DNA of 64,000 nucleotides from Alphaproteobacteria bacterium (GTDB lineage Bacteria; Pseudomonadota; Alphaproteobacteria; Bin95): NCBI GenBank assembly GCA_964291285.2, contig OZ219786.1, positions 256,001 to 320,000 of the forward strand, read 5' to 3'. Shown piece by piece: positions 28,208 to 37,367 of this stretch (position 1 is its first letter; each line of letters starts with the position of its first letter). The notes under the pieces were generated by a model. It saw only the letters and a program-made list of their open reading frames with translations, ran no database searches and was not told where the DNA came from. The position numbers and the translations under genes were made by a program.

Positions 28208-28741
28208 TCACCCGAACACGAAGATCAGGTGGTTCGACGCCCCGCCCTCGTCGCAGTTGGCGTTCAGCCACGCCAGATCGCGCACGATCGGGTCTCCCCG
28301 GTGGACCCTGGTCGGCGCGGCCGCGCGCACCCGCATCCGCACGATCCCCGAGCCCGAACGCGTGCGCCCGACATAGGCCTCGCCCAGCGCCTTGCAGGTC
28401 TCGTCGTCCAGCTCCTCGAAGGTGATCTGGAACCGCCCGCCATTGCCCAGGATCGATACCGCCGCCCCGAACGGGTGCTCGATCGTCGCACTGCCGCCCG
28501 TCCCCTTCCGGGCCCCGTCCGGGATCCGACCGAACCCCGCCATCACCGGCACGAGGTCCGTGTCCGTCCCGTAACTGCTCTGGCTCGCATAGGTGGCCTC
28601 CACATTCGCGCGCAGCATGTTCAGCAGGCGGATCGACTCGCCCTCCTTCAGCTTCGAGGTGATGCCGTTGTAGATGGCCACCACCACGACCAGGGCCACC
28701 AGGCCCGCGATCACGCTCAGCAACACTCCGACCGGGTTCAT
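28208..28741 (-). CDS. pilS: Type IVb major pilin, PilS-like (copy 1)
   Basis: Near-identical paralog of 27586-28122. Confidence 0.85.
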   Translation of the reverse strand: MNPVGVLLSVIAGLVALVVVVAIYNGITSKLKEGESIRLLNMLRANVEATYASQSSYGTDTDLVPVMAGFGRIPDGARKGTGGSATIEHPFGAAVSILGNGGRFQITFEELDDETCKALGEAYVGRTRSGSGIVRMRVRAAAPTRVHRGDPIVRDLAWLNANCDEGGASNHLIFVFG

Positions 28742-28753
28742 GCCCCTGCCTCC

Positions 28754-29818
28754 TCAGTAGTTCTGCACCGCGGTCGCGATGTCGAAGCTGACCCAGAAGA
28801 TCCACAGCATCTGCGCCGTGCCGAGCGTCATCAGCACCGTGTTCAGCACCATGGTCTTCGCCCGCATCACCGCCTCCGAGCGCTCGATCCAGCGCTCCAC
28901 GAAGCCCGCCAGCGTCTCCTCCCAGTCCGCCCGGCCCTCCATCGCCGCCGCCACCGCCACCAGCGACTTGTCCGGGAACTCGTGCCCGCTCGCGGCCAGC
29001 GCCGAACCGAACCCCAGACCCTCGTTCAGCATCAGCCCGCTCACACGCCGCATCCGCGAGCGCACATAGGACGACGCCCCGCGCTCGAACTGCGCGAACG
29101 TCGCCGCGTTCAGGTCCACCCCCACCCGCAGGAACTCCACGCACACGAACAGGAACCCCGAACCCGACAGCATCCGGTAGAGCGAGAACGGCGCGAACCG
29201 GTCCGCGAACGCCCGCCCCCGGCCCGTCCAGCGCAGCACCACCAGCCGCCCCGCCAGCACCGCCAGCACCAACAGCAGCCCCGCCTCCAGGTCGTGCGCG
29301 TAAAGACCCTCCGAGGCCCAGGCCAGAACCGCCGAGAACGCGTCCCAGCGCGACGGGTCGCTCACCGCGCGCATCGCCGGGAACACCTCGTAGCCCATGA
29401 ACCACGTCATGCCCGCGCAGCCCAGGAAGATCACCAGCGGCCAGAACAGCGCCATCGCAACCGCCCGCACCTGCTTCGCGCGCATCTCCGCCACCCGCGC
29501 CGCCGCCAGGAACAGCGTCTCCGCCCGCGCCCGGCCCAGGCCGTAGAACACCATCGCCTCCGAAGCCGGAACCCAGCGCGACAGCTCCACCGCGAACGCG
29601 TCGCCGCCCGCGGCCAGCGCCCTGTTCCAGTCCCGCAGCATCTCCACCCGGAACGTCTCGCGCGCCTTCGCACGCATCACCGCCTCGAGCGCCTGCGGCA
29701 TCTCCAGCCCGCCGCGCAGCAGGTCGTGCATCAGGTACCAGATGTCCACCCGCGCGCCCGTCCCGGCCGCCAGGAACCGGCGCGCCCGCAACCGCAACGC
29801 CGCCGCAAGGCGCCTCAT
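28754..29818 (-). CDS. pilR: PilR/GspF-family inner-membrane platform protein
   Basis: LSRWVPASEAM, PFSLYRM, LAASGHEFPD; three TMs; follows the ATPase. Confidence 0.85.
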   Translation of the reverse strand: MRRLAAALRLRARRFLAAGTGARVDIWYLMHDLLRGGLEMPQALEAVMRAKARETFRVEMLRDWNRALAAGGDAFAVELSRWVPASEAMVFYGLGRARAETLFLAAARVAEMRAKQVRAVAMALFWPLVIFLGCAGMTWFMGYEVFPAMRAVSDPSRWDAFSAVLAWASEGLYAHDLEAGLLLVLAVLAGRLVVLRWTGRGRAFADRFAPFSLYRMLSGSGFLFVCVEFLRVGVDLNAATFAQFERGASSYVRSRMRRVSGLMLNEGLGFGSALAASGHEFPDKSLVAVAAAMEGRADWEETLAGFVERWIERSEAVMRAKTMVLNTVLMTLGTAQMLWIFWVSFDIATAVQNY

Positions 29819-31440
29819 GCCGCCGCCTCCGCCGCCACCGCCGCCAGACCCCGCAGCGCCTCGGCCGCCTCCGGGATCTCCGCCCCCTTCAGCAGCGCGT
29901 CCGCCGGGTCCACACGCCCCGCCGCCACCGCCCGCCAGATCCGCCGCCCCAGCGGAACCCCGCCCATGACGTCGACCCAGTGGTTCCACGCCCCGATCGC
30001 GTCACGCTTCCCCACTAACCGCAGGTAGCCGTCGTCAGGAACGATCCACTCCGCCACCGCCTGCTGGCCCTCGTAGCCCGCCCACGCCGCCAGAGAGAGC
30101 GCCGACTGGCCCGGACGGCGGCATGCGCCGCAGCCCTGCGGGTCGCGGTAGCGCACCCGCCCCCCCAGCACCGCCTCGAGCCCCTCCGGAAGCGTCCGGC
30201 CCTCCGGCAGGCCCGGACGCGAGCAATGGCGGCACAGCAGCGGCACCAGCGTCTGCTTCATCAGCAGGCGGATGTTGCCCCGCTTCGTCACCTCCGCCTC
30301 CGTCACCCCGAGGTCCATCAGCCGGAACAGGATGCCGTTCGCGCTGTGCACGTGGATCGTCGTCCACACCTGGTGGCCCGAGTCGATGAACTGCAGCACC
30401 TGGCGCGCCCCCGAACGGTCGCGGATCTCGCCCACCATCCCCGAAGCCGGGTGAAGCCGCACGAAATGCATCAGGCCCGCCTGGAAGTGCAGGTCGCGCT
30501 CCTCGCCCGCGCCCCCCGTCGGAACCGCGATCTGGACCGCGCCCTCTATGTCGTATTCGACCGGGTCCTCCAGCGTCACGAGGTTCAGACGGCCCCCGTG
30601 CTCGCGCATCTGCAGCGCCAGGTTCGTCGCCAGCGTCGTCGACTTCCCGTCCCCCGTCGTCCCCCCGATGACGATCCCGCCGTATTTCGACATCCGGATC
30701 TCGCGGAACAGGCTCTCCACCTCCTCCGTGAACCCAAGGTCCGCCAGCGTCCGCGCACTCCCGCCATGGTCGCGGTAGAACAGCCGCGCGAACAGGTGGT
30801 GGCCGTCCGGCTCGTCCGGACCCGCCTGGCAGCGCAGCGCCGCGATCTCCTCCGGCAGCGGAAACGCCTCCGAACGACGGATGCTGAACCCCTGGAAGCT
30901 GCCCCGCTGCAGCGAGGTCTGCCGCGACCCCTCGTCCTTCACGTAGAACAGGAACCCGTAGACCCGGTCCGCGTCGCTCGTCGTCAGAGCCTCGCCCAGC
31001 GCCAGCTTGCGGTCGTTCACGATCGCGAACACCCGGCACCCGTCCGCGCCCTTCTCGAACACCACATCGGAAGCCCGCGCCCGCGCCGCCTCCGTGAAGA
31101 TCCCCGCAACGCTCTCCACGATCGCCGGGTCGACCTCCGGACCCTCCGGACCCGAACCGTGGCCGCGCCACACCGCCGCCACCTCCTGAAGCGACGCCGC
31201 CTCCTCGCGCAACGGACCCCGAACCGCCCCCGAACGCTGCAACTCGACCAGAAGCGCCCGCGCCTCCTCGTCGTTCGCATAGCCCCGCGCGAACATCACC
31301 CGCCCGTCCGACCACACCGCGCAGCGCTCCCGGAACCGCGCGTCCATCCGCCCCCAGCGCACCAGACCCGACGGCAGGACCTCCGGCGCCGGCTCCCGGA
31401 ACAGCGCACGATGCCACAGCGGACGGCGACCGGCCGTCAC
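29815..31440 (-). CDS. pilQ: PilQ/GspE pilus assembly ATPase
   Basis: GTTGDGKSTT, TLEDPVEY, GEIRD, GHQVWTTIH, CxxC...CxxC. Confidence 0.92.
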   Translation of the reverse strand: MTAGRRPLWHRALFREPAPEVLPSGLVRWGRMDARFRERCAVWSDGRVMFARGYANDEEARALLVELQRSGAVRGPLREEAASLQEVAAVWRGHGSGPEGPEVDPAIVESVAGIFTEAARARASDVVFEKGADGCRVFAIVNDRKLALGEALTTSDADRVYGFLFYVKDEGSRQTSLQRGSFQGFSIRRSEAFPLPEEIAALRCQAGPDEPDGHHLFARLFYRDHGGSARTLADLGFTEEVESLFREIRMSKYGGIVIGGTTGDGKSTTLATNLALQMREHGGRLNLVTLEDPVEYDIEGAVQIAVPTGGAGEERDLHFQAGLMHFVRLHPASGMVGEIRDRSGARQVLQFIDSGHQVWTTIHVHSANGILFRLMDLGVTEAEVTKRGNIRLLMKQTLVPLLCRHCSRPGLPEGRTLPEGLEAVLGGRVRYRDPQGCGACRRPGQSALSLAAWAGYEGQQAVAEWIVPDDGYLRLVGKRDAIGAWNHWVDVMGGVPLGRRIWRAVAAGRVDPADALLKGAEIPEAAEALRGLAAVAAEAAA

Positions 31441-32387
31441 CGCGGGGCCCTCGACCGCCAGGGGAGCCGGTCGGCCCGCCAGCCCGTCACGCGCACCCCC
31501 GGAGGACGCGCCTCGACCGCAACCACCGCAACCCCGCCCGGAAGACTGTCGCCCCCCTCCACGCGCCACACCTTCTCGCCGTCCGTCACCGCCGCGCGCA
31601 GCGCTGCGCCCGATCCCGTCACCGCAAACCAGCCATAGTCCGGGGGCGGCTCCGGAGCCGGCGCCGTCCCGGCCTCCTCCGCACCGTCCGCCTCCTTGCG
31701 CGCCAGTTCCGCCTTTGAGGCCTCCAGCATCGCCTCATGCGCCGCGCGCACCCGCGCGTCCGCCTCGCGGCGCATCGTCTCCCGACGCAGCGCCTCGTCA
31801 GCACGCGCCGACGCCGACGCCCGCAGCGCCGCCGCAAGCTCCCGGTCCGATGCCACGATCTCCGCCAGAAGCGCCTGGCGGTCCCGGCACAGCGCCAGGA
31901 TCTCGCGCTCCAGACCCAGCGCCTCGCTGAACTCCCCCTCCTCCACCGCGGCCGACAGCATCCGCGCGATCGCCGACCGCGGACACTCGAACACACGCAG
32001 GATCGCCGGCTCCTGGAACACGGCGGCAGCGGAAGAGGCCGGGGCGGCGGCGGGAAAGACGGACCGCCGCCCCGGCGCGCCGGCGGACAACGGAACGGCC
32101 GTGTTGTCCGAAGCCGCCGGCGTCCCGCGATCGGCGCCGCCCGCGCCCGGGGAAGCGGCGGACGGCCCGGGGCCGGGAAGGGAAGGCGGGGTTGCCGGGG
32201 CCGGTGACGACGGCGAAGACGGCAACGGCGGAAGCGCGTCCCCCGTCCCCTCCGGCAACGCCGCCGCCGGTGACAGCAGCAACCCCCCGGACAGCAGGCC
32301 CGCAAGCAGGGGCAGGACCCGCGGACGCGCCCGGACACCCGCCGGAGACTTGACGAAAACCCGCCCCGCGGGACAGGATGAGCCCAT
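31437..32387 (-). CDS. pilP: PilP-like type IVb pilus protein (start uncertain)
   Basis: Hydrophobic signal, Pro-rich linker, coiled coil, C-terminal VTGSG...VEGGDSLPGGVAV; coupled to pilQ. Confidence 0.6.
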   Translation of the reverse strand: MGSSCPAGRVFVKSPAGVRARPRVLPLLAGLLSGGLLLSPAAALPEGTGDALPPLPSSPSSPAPATPPSLPGPGPSAASPGAGGADRGTPAASDNTAVPLSAGAPGRRSVFPAAAPASSAAAVFQEPAILRVFECPRSAIARMLSAAVEEGEFSEALGLEREILALCRDRQALLAEIVASDRELAAALRASASARADEALRRETMRREADARVRAAHEAMLEASKAELARKEADGAEEAGTAPAPEPPPDYGWFAVTGSGAALRAAVTDGEKVWRVEGGDSLPGGVAVVAVEARPPGVRVTGWRADRLPWRSRAPR

Positions 32388-32814
32388 GATGTCGTCCTTC
32401 GACACCCTCGCCGCCGCCGAAGCGCTCCAGGACGCCGGCGCCAAGCCCGAACTCGCCAAGGCCATGGCCGCCCAGCTCAAGGCCGCGGCGAAAGCCGGCG
32501 AACCCGTCACGAGACCCGAACTCGACGCCGCTCTCGGCGCCCTCAAGGCCGAACTGCTCGAACGAATCGCCGCGACCGACCAGCGGATCACATCCGTCGA
32601 GAAAAACCTGATCGAGCGCATTGCGACGAGCGAAAAGGGGCTGATCGAGCGCATCGCGGCGAGCGAAAAGGGCCTGAATGACCGCATCGCCGAGACGGAA
32701 CGCCGGCTGATGGACCGGACGGCCGCCCTCGTCTGGCGGCTGTTCGGCGCCATGGTCGCGCTCGCCGGCATCACCATCGCGGTGCTCGAATACCTGCGCA
32801 CGCCGGCCGGATAG
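32386..32814 (+). CDS. DUF1640/CCDC90-like coiled-coil protein with C-terminal TM
   Basis: FDTLAAAEALQDAG N-terminus; 11-aa repeats EKxLIERIAxS; C-terminal hydrophobic helix. Confidence 0.75.
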   Translation: MMSSFDTLAAAEALQDAGAKPELAKAMAAQLKAAAKAGEPVTRPELDAALGALKAELLERIAATDQRITSVEKNLIERIATSEKGLIERIAASEKGLNDRIAETERRLMDRTAALVWRLFGAMVALAGITIAVLEYLRTPAG

Positions 32815-32936
32815 CCCCCGGCGGCCCCGGCAGCCGCAACCGGCCGGAAAATGCCGGCAGACTTGCGCGCTCCATGACCGGCGCTGACAGCCGCGAAGCG
32901 AAGACGGCGGAAGGCGCGCAGCATCGCCCGGCGCCC

Positions 32937-34184
32937 TCAGTACCGGTCCCGTGTGAACCGTGTCCACACGGTCGGCTGCATATCGAGATCGGCGGCCAGT
33001 TCGCGCCAGCCGATGCTGCGCGGCCCCGCCGGATCGTCCCGGACCGTCATCTCCAGGCGGCCCCGCGTCCAGCGCCAGGTTCCGTCGAAATGAGGGCCTG
33101 ACACCAGGGTCCCCGCCTCGTCCACCACCGAGAACTTCCCCTCGGGATGGAACACGAAACGCCTGTCCGCATACGCCTCGCCCATGAACGCCAGCGAACG
33201 CGGATAAGGACGCGCGATGAACTCGTCCGTCAGCTGGAACGCCGGATGGCGGTGGCCCGTCGGCAGATACGGAAACGGATAGCCGACCGGATAGCGGAAC
33301 CGGACCCTCGGCCCGTCATGGATCTCGATCCACTCGCCCGCCTCGTCCGCCGTGCGCACGATGTCCCAGTAGCCGTCCGTCATGTTCCAGTGCCCGATCC
33401 GCCAGAGCTCCTCCCGGTCCCCGGCGCGCACATAGGTGAGGCCGATGCGCTTGTAGGTCATCAGCACATTGCCTTCCTGCGCCTCGAGGAAGGCCTCGAC
33501 CTCCGCCTTCGTCGTCGTCGGCCTGCCGCCCGAAGCGCCCAGGCCCGTGCGGCCGGGCGACGTCAACCGCCAACCCGGGAAGTGCCGGACCGGCGCGTCC
33601 GGGTCCTGGCGGCGCAGCTCGTCCATCTTCAGCGAGGTCTGCTTCTCGTTGACCCGGATATGCGCCGGGACCAGGTCCGGACAGGCGTCTGCCAGGGCGC
33701 GCGGCCAGCTGTCCTGGATATGGCCCGGATTGGTGAGGACAGCGCCGCCCTGCCCGTTGACTTCGGTCGCGAGCGTGCCGGTCTCCGGATCGTAGAAATG
33801 GGATGCATACAGCCGCTTCTGCGGGTCGATCTGCCACGCGACTTCGCCGCCGTTTCCCGCCATATGTGTTGACCAGCGGGTCGTGTCGTTGCCCAGCCAT
33901 TGGAACCTGCCGCCCGGGCGGCGGTGCGCGACGCACTCGTAGGCCGTCCCGTCGGCGCCGAAGACCACCCCCTGGACGACATTGCGGAACCGCCCGGTCC
34001 CCTCGACCACCTTCACCCTGTCCGCGAGCAGCCGGTTGTAGAAGTCGGCACTGTAGGGCGTATGGTTGATATAGACCTTGCTGTCGAGCTTGGCCGACTG
34101 CCCGTGCGCCGTGCAGGAGGCCAGCGCCGCGCCCGCAAGCGCCAGCGCCAGCAGTCTCCCTGCCGTGAGGTTCGACGGCTTCAT
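32937..34184 (-). CDS. Lipoprotein of unknown function
   Basis: Lipobox LASC; protein-like composition; ATGA overlap with the desaturase. Confidence 0.75.
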   Translation of the reverse strand: MKPSNLTAGRLLALALAGAALASCTAHGQSAKLDSKVYINHTPYSADFYNRLLADRVKVVEGTGRFRNVVQGVVFGADGTAYECVAHRRPGGRFQWLGNDTTRWSTHMAGNGGEVAWQIDPQKRLYASHFYDPETGTLATEVNGQGGAVLTNPGHIQDSWPRALADACPDLVPAHIRVNEKQTSLKMDELRRQDPDAPVRHFPGWRLTSPGRTGLGASGGRPTTTKAEVEAFLEAQEGNVLMTYKRIGLTYVRAGDREELWRIGHWNMTDGYWDIVRTADEAGEWIEIHDGPRVRFRYPVGYPFPYLPTGHRHPAFQLTDEFIARPYPRSLAFMGEAYADRRFVFHPEGKFSVVDEAGTLVSGPHFDGTWRWTRGRLEMTVRDDPAGPRSIGWRELAADLDMQPTVWTRFTRDRY

Positions 34185-34960
34185 GTCACTGTCTCCCTTC
34201 CGTCTCGCGATGGAGTGCGCCGGGCCCGGATGCGGGCCCCGCAAGAGGCCAGTCCGATCACGAGGCCCGCCATGTCGAGCGTCGGGTGGAACACCGCCCG
34301 GCCCGGCGCGGCGTGATGGTTGTTGTGCCAGCCCTCGCCCCAGGTGAGCAGTGCGACCGCCGGGTTGTTGCGGCTGTCGTCGCCCGTCCGGTGCGGCTGC
34401 GCCCCCCAGCGGTGGCAGGCCATCGTCACCAGCCCGCCCGCCCAGAGCGTCGCCGCCACCGGGACCGCCCAGCCGAAGACCGCCAGACGCCAGTCCAGCA
34501 CCGCCAGCAGCACAGGCCAGCCGAGCGCCAGCGGCAGGTAGTGCCGGTGCAGCCACAGGCCGAACCGGTCGCCGCGCAGCTCGCGCCGGAACGCCGCCCT
34601 GTCCGCCGGCGCGCCGTAGCTCCCGACCAGCAGCGCCCGCCAGCCGAGCCGGCCGGCCGGATGCGGGTCGCCCGCCCGGTCGGCATGGGCGTGATGGCGC
34701 CGGTGCGTCACCGCCCATGCGGGTCCGGTCCCGAAGCAGCCCATCACTCCCAGCAGGTGGAACATCACCACCGCCCGGCGCGGCGCCGCGAAACTCCGGT
34801 GCGCGAAGTAGCGGTGGAACCCGATCGACAGCCCGACGCAGCCGAAGAGGAAATAGCCGGACAGCGCGAGCGCCCACCAGGCGAGACCCGCTTCGGCGAA
34901 CGCCAGCGCCCACAGCGCGACCGCGCCGGTGACGATCTGGACCGCGCCGAAGAACATCAT
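34181..34960 (-). CDS. Delta-9-type membrane fatty-acid desaturase
   Basis: Three His boxes: HRYFAH, HRRHH, GEGWHNNHH. Confidence 0.92.
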   Translation of the reverse strand: MMFFGAVQIVTGAVALWALAFAEAGLAWWALALSGYFLFGCVGLSIGFHRYFAHRSFAAPRRAVVMFHLLGVMGCFGTGPAWAVTHRRHHAHADRAGDPHPAGRLGWRALLVGSYGAPADRAAFRRELRGDRFGLWLHRHYLPLALGWPVLLAVLDWRLAVFGWAVPVAATLWAGGLVTMACHRWGAQPHRTGDDSRNNPAVALLTWGEGWHNNHHAAPGRAVFHPTLDMAGLVIGLASCGARIRARRTPSRDGRETVT

Positions 34961-35007
34961 CGGCGCACCCGCCCTCCGGAACAGGTCCGTTCCCGCCGCC
35001 GGCGCGC

Positions 35008-35523
35008 TCACAGCGCGAGCTCGTAGTTGCCGCCCGTCAGCCGGAAGCCGAGGCGCTTCAACAGCCTGTCGGTCCGCGCGATGTCCACGCCGGAGGCGAC
35101 ATTGACATGCAGGCGGACCGCGCCGCGTTCCCCGGCCCACCGCCGGCAGGCGTGCAGCAGCTTGATCGCCGCCAGCGACCCCCGATGCTCCGGCAGCACG
35201 TAGAAGGCGAGGATCGAGGCGCCGGGCGCGGACGAGTACCAGTGAGGCCCGACAGCCGCTGACAGCATGCCGACCGTGCGCTCGCCGCGCTCGGCCTGCA
35301 CCAGGCAATACCTGCCAGGCTTCGCGAGGCGCTCGACGACGCCCCGCCTGACAAGTTCCCCATCGAAGGGGAGCGCCTTGTCGCCCATCTCCTCATACGC
35401 GCGGCGGGCCAGGCTCACCCGCGCGGCGATATCCTCTTCGGACCGCGAGAACCGGACGGTCACGCTGCCGGGCCGGGCGTCTGCCGGGCGGGGCGCAGCG
35501 GCAACTGCCGGGGCCGCGCTCAT
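35008..35523 (-). CDS. GNAT family acyltransferase
   Basis: FYVLPEHRG motif A; WAGERGA; LKRLGF. Confidence 0.85.
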   Translation of the reverse strand: MSAAPAVAAAPRPADARPGSVTVRFSRSEEDIAARVSLARRAYEEMGDKALPFDGELVRRGVVERLAKPGRYCLVQAERGERTVGMLSAAVGPHWYSSAPGASILAFYVLPEHRGSLAAIKLLHACRRWAGERGAVRLHVNVASGVDIARTDRLLKRLGFRLTGGNYELAL

Positions 35524-37367
35524 TCCCTGCGCTCCCCGACCCTGAGCGAGACGTCCCAAAACGCCCTCGGGCCATCCTTGCCGACATATTGGCCCTCGCC
35601 GAACACGGTGTTGCCGGCGACGCTTCGCACGACGCCGTCGCTCGTCAGCGCGATGGACCGGATGCCGGCCTCGTCGAGGCTGCGCAACTCGCCCGGATCG
35701 CTCTCGCCGTCCCGGTCGAGGTCCTGCCAGACCCGGAACAGGGCCCACTCCGCATCCTCGGGGTCCAACTGCCCGTCGCCGTCGGTGTCGAAATGGCGGA
35801 GGCCCTCGAGGTCCGTGCGCGCGCCCGGCACATAGGAGACGAAGCTCAACTCGTCATGCGCCGCGATCCGCCCGTCGCCGTCCTTGTCGTAGGCCAGGAA
35901 GCCGTCATCGGCGGCGGCCCAGGCCATGCGGGTGCGATAGCCATCGCCGTTGATGTCGTAGAACGCGGTCGAGTCCTCGAGCGCCACCAGCTCCACCCCG
36001 TCCCCGTCCAGGTCCAGCACGATCGGCTTGGCGCCCCCGCCACCACCATTGTGGCCGCCATTGTTGGCGCTGTCGCCCTTGCCGCTGGAGCCGCAGCAGC
36101 CCACGCTCGGATCCGTGTCGTCGTCGTCGTCTCCGGCCTCGACCCCGTCATTGTCACCATCATGTCCTCCCGGGCTCTCATATTCGGGGCCGGGCAGGAT
36201 GGGATCGGTCGGCGGCGGCTGGATGGGCGTCGGCGTCCTGGGCCCGACCGGAGGCGGATCGGTCGGCCGGGGAGGCGCGCCCGGATCGGGCGTTACCGGA
36301 TCGGGACGCCGCGGTGGGTCCTGCGGCGGAGGCGGAGGAGGCTGGCAGTTGTCCACGTTCCGCACCCACCGCCGGGCCCCGACCAGGCGCCATGTCCGCA
36401 CCACCTCCGCGCCCGGACGGACCTGGAAGTCCCGATACTGCGTGTCCTGCTCGTAATGCGAGGTGCAGCCGCCCGACCACCCCGAGGGGCAGGAGCAGGA
36501 GCCCGTGGTGCGCTGCACCGGCCCCGCATACAGCCGGATCACCGGGTCCGGGAGCGGGTCCGGGGCCGGCGCCTGCGCATACACATGCGGGCAGAGGCCG
36601 CCGGCATGGCGCCACGGGCCGCACTGCGCCCTTGCTCCGAGACCCGCCCGGCGGTCGCAGTCGCGCGGCCAGAGATGCGCCGCGTCCGGCGCCGTCGCCG
36701 CAAGGTCCCGGCCCCGCGCATCGCCCGCCCCGCGAATGTCCGTCGCCTGGATCGGAACACGCCGCGACTCGCGGAAGGTCTCCGTCGCCGAACCCGGACA
36801 GGCCACCGTCCGGAACTCCGTCTCCCAGCGGAACCCCGTCACCGTGCGCGCCGGATCGGCCACCGCCCCCACAAGCCCGACACGATCCTCCCCCAGCGAG
36901 GGAACCGACATGCAGGCCGGCAGCGACGCGTCGGCACGCCCGAGCGCGCCCGCCGCAATGCGCGTGTTCGCCAGGATCACATGCAGCCCCGCCCGGCCGC
37001 CCCGCACCGGCGCCACCTGAACCTCGCGATGGCCCCGGCCCACGCCCTTCAGCTCGTCGCTGGCCGCATGGACCGCCAGCACCCCGCCGCAATAGCGCGC
37101 CGTCAGGCCCCGCTCCGTCCAGGACCCGAGCCACCAGGCGCCGGAGGGCGGGTCCGAGGCGCCGTCCCATTCGCTCCGCCAGAGCCGGGCCGCGTCCGTC
37201 ACGCGGATGCGCTCCCCGACACTCGCGAAGGCGGTCCGGATCGCCGCCGCATGCGCCAGCGCCTCCTGGCGCCGCGTCCGGTCCGGATCGCCCGTCTGCG
37301 CCACAGCGCCGGGCGCGATCGCGGCGAGGGTCAACGCCAGCGCCGCTGCGGTTCCCGCCTGTCTCAT
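35520..37367 (-). CDS. Secreted Cys/Pro-rich protein with C-terminal FrpC-SPM-like Ca-binding module
   Basis: Signal peptide; many Cys; polyproline stalk; KPIVLDLDGDG...DDGFLAYDKDGDG...FRVWQDLDRDGESDPGEL. Confidence 0.8.
   Translation of the reverse strand: MRQAGTAAALALTLAAIAPGAVAQTGDPDRTRRQEALAHAAAIRTAFASVGERIRVTDAARLWRSEWDGASDPPSGAWWLGSWTERGLTARYCGGVLAVHAASDELKGVGRGHREVQVAPVRGGRAGLHVILANTRIAAGALGRADASLPACMSVPSLGEDRVGLVGAVADPARTVTGFRWETEFRTVACPGSATETFRESRRVPIQATDIRGAGDARGRDLAATAPDAAHLWPRDCDRRAGLGARAQCGPWRHAGGLCPHVYAQAPAPDPLPDPVIRLYAGPVQRTTGSCSCPSGWSGGCTSHYEQDTQYRDFQVRPGAEVVRTWRLVGARRWVRNVDNCQPPPPPPQDPPRRPDPVTPDPGAPPRPTDPPPVGPRTPTPIQPPPTDPILPGPEYESPGGHDGDNDGVEAGDDDDDTDPSVGCCGSSGKGDSANNGGHNGGGGGAKPIVLDLDGDGVELVALEDSTAFYDINGDGYRTRMAWAAADDGFLAYDKDGDGRIAAHDELSFVSYVPGARTDLEGLRHFDTDGDGQLDPEDAEWALFRVWQDLDRDGESDPGELRSLDEAGIRSIALTSDGVVRSVAGNTVFGEGQYVGKDGPRAFWDVSLRVGERRE

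Noticed and set aside
27586-28741. Diversity-generating retroelement template/variable repeat pair
   Set aside because: No reverse transcriptase in the window, both copies are full genes, and the differences are not adenine-specific.
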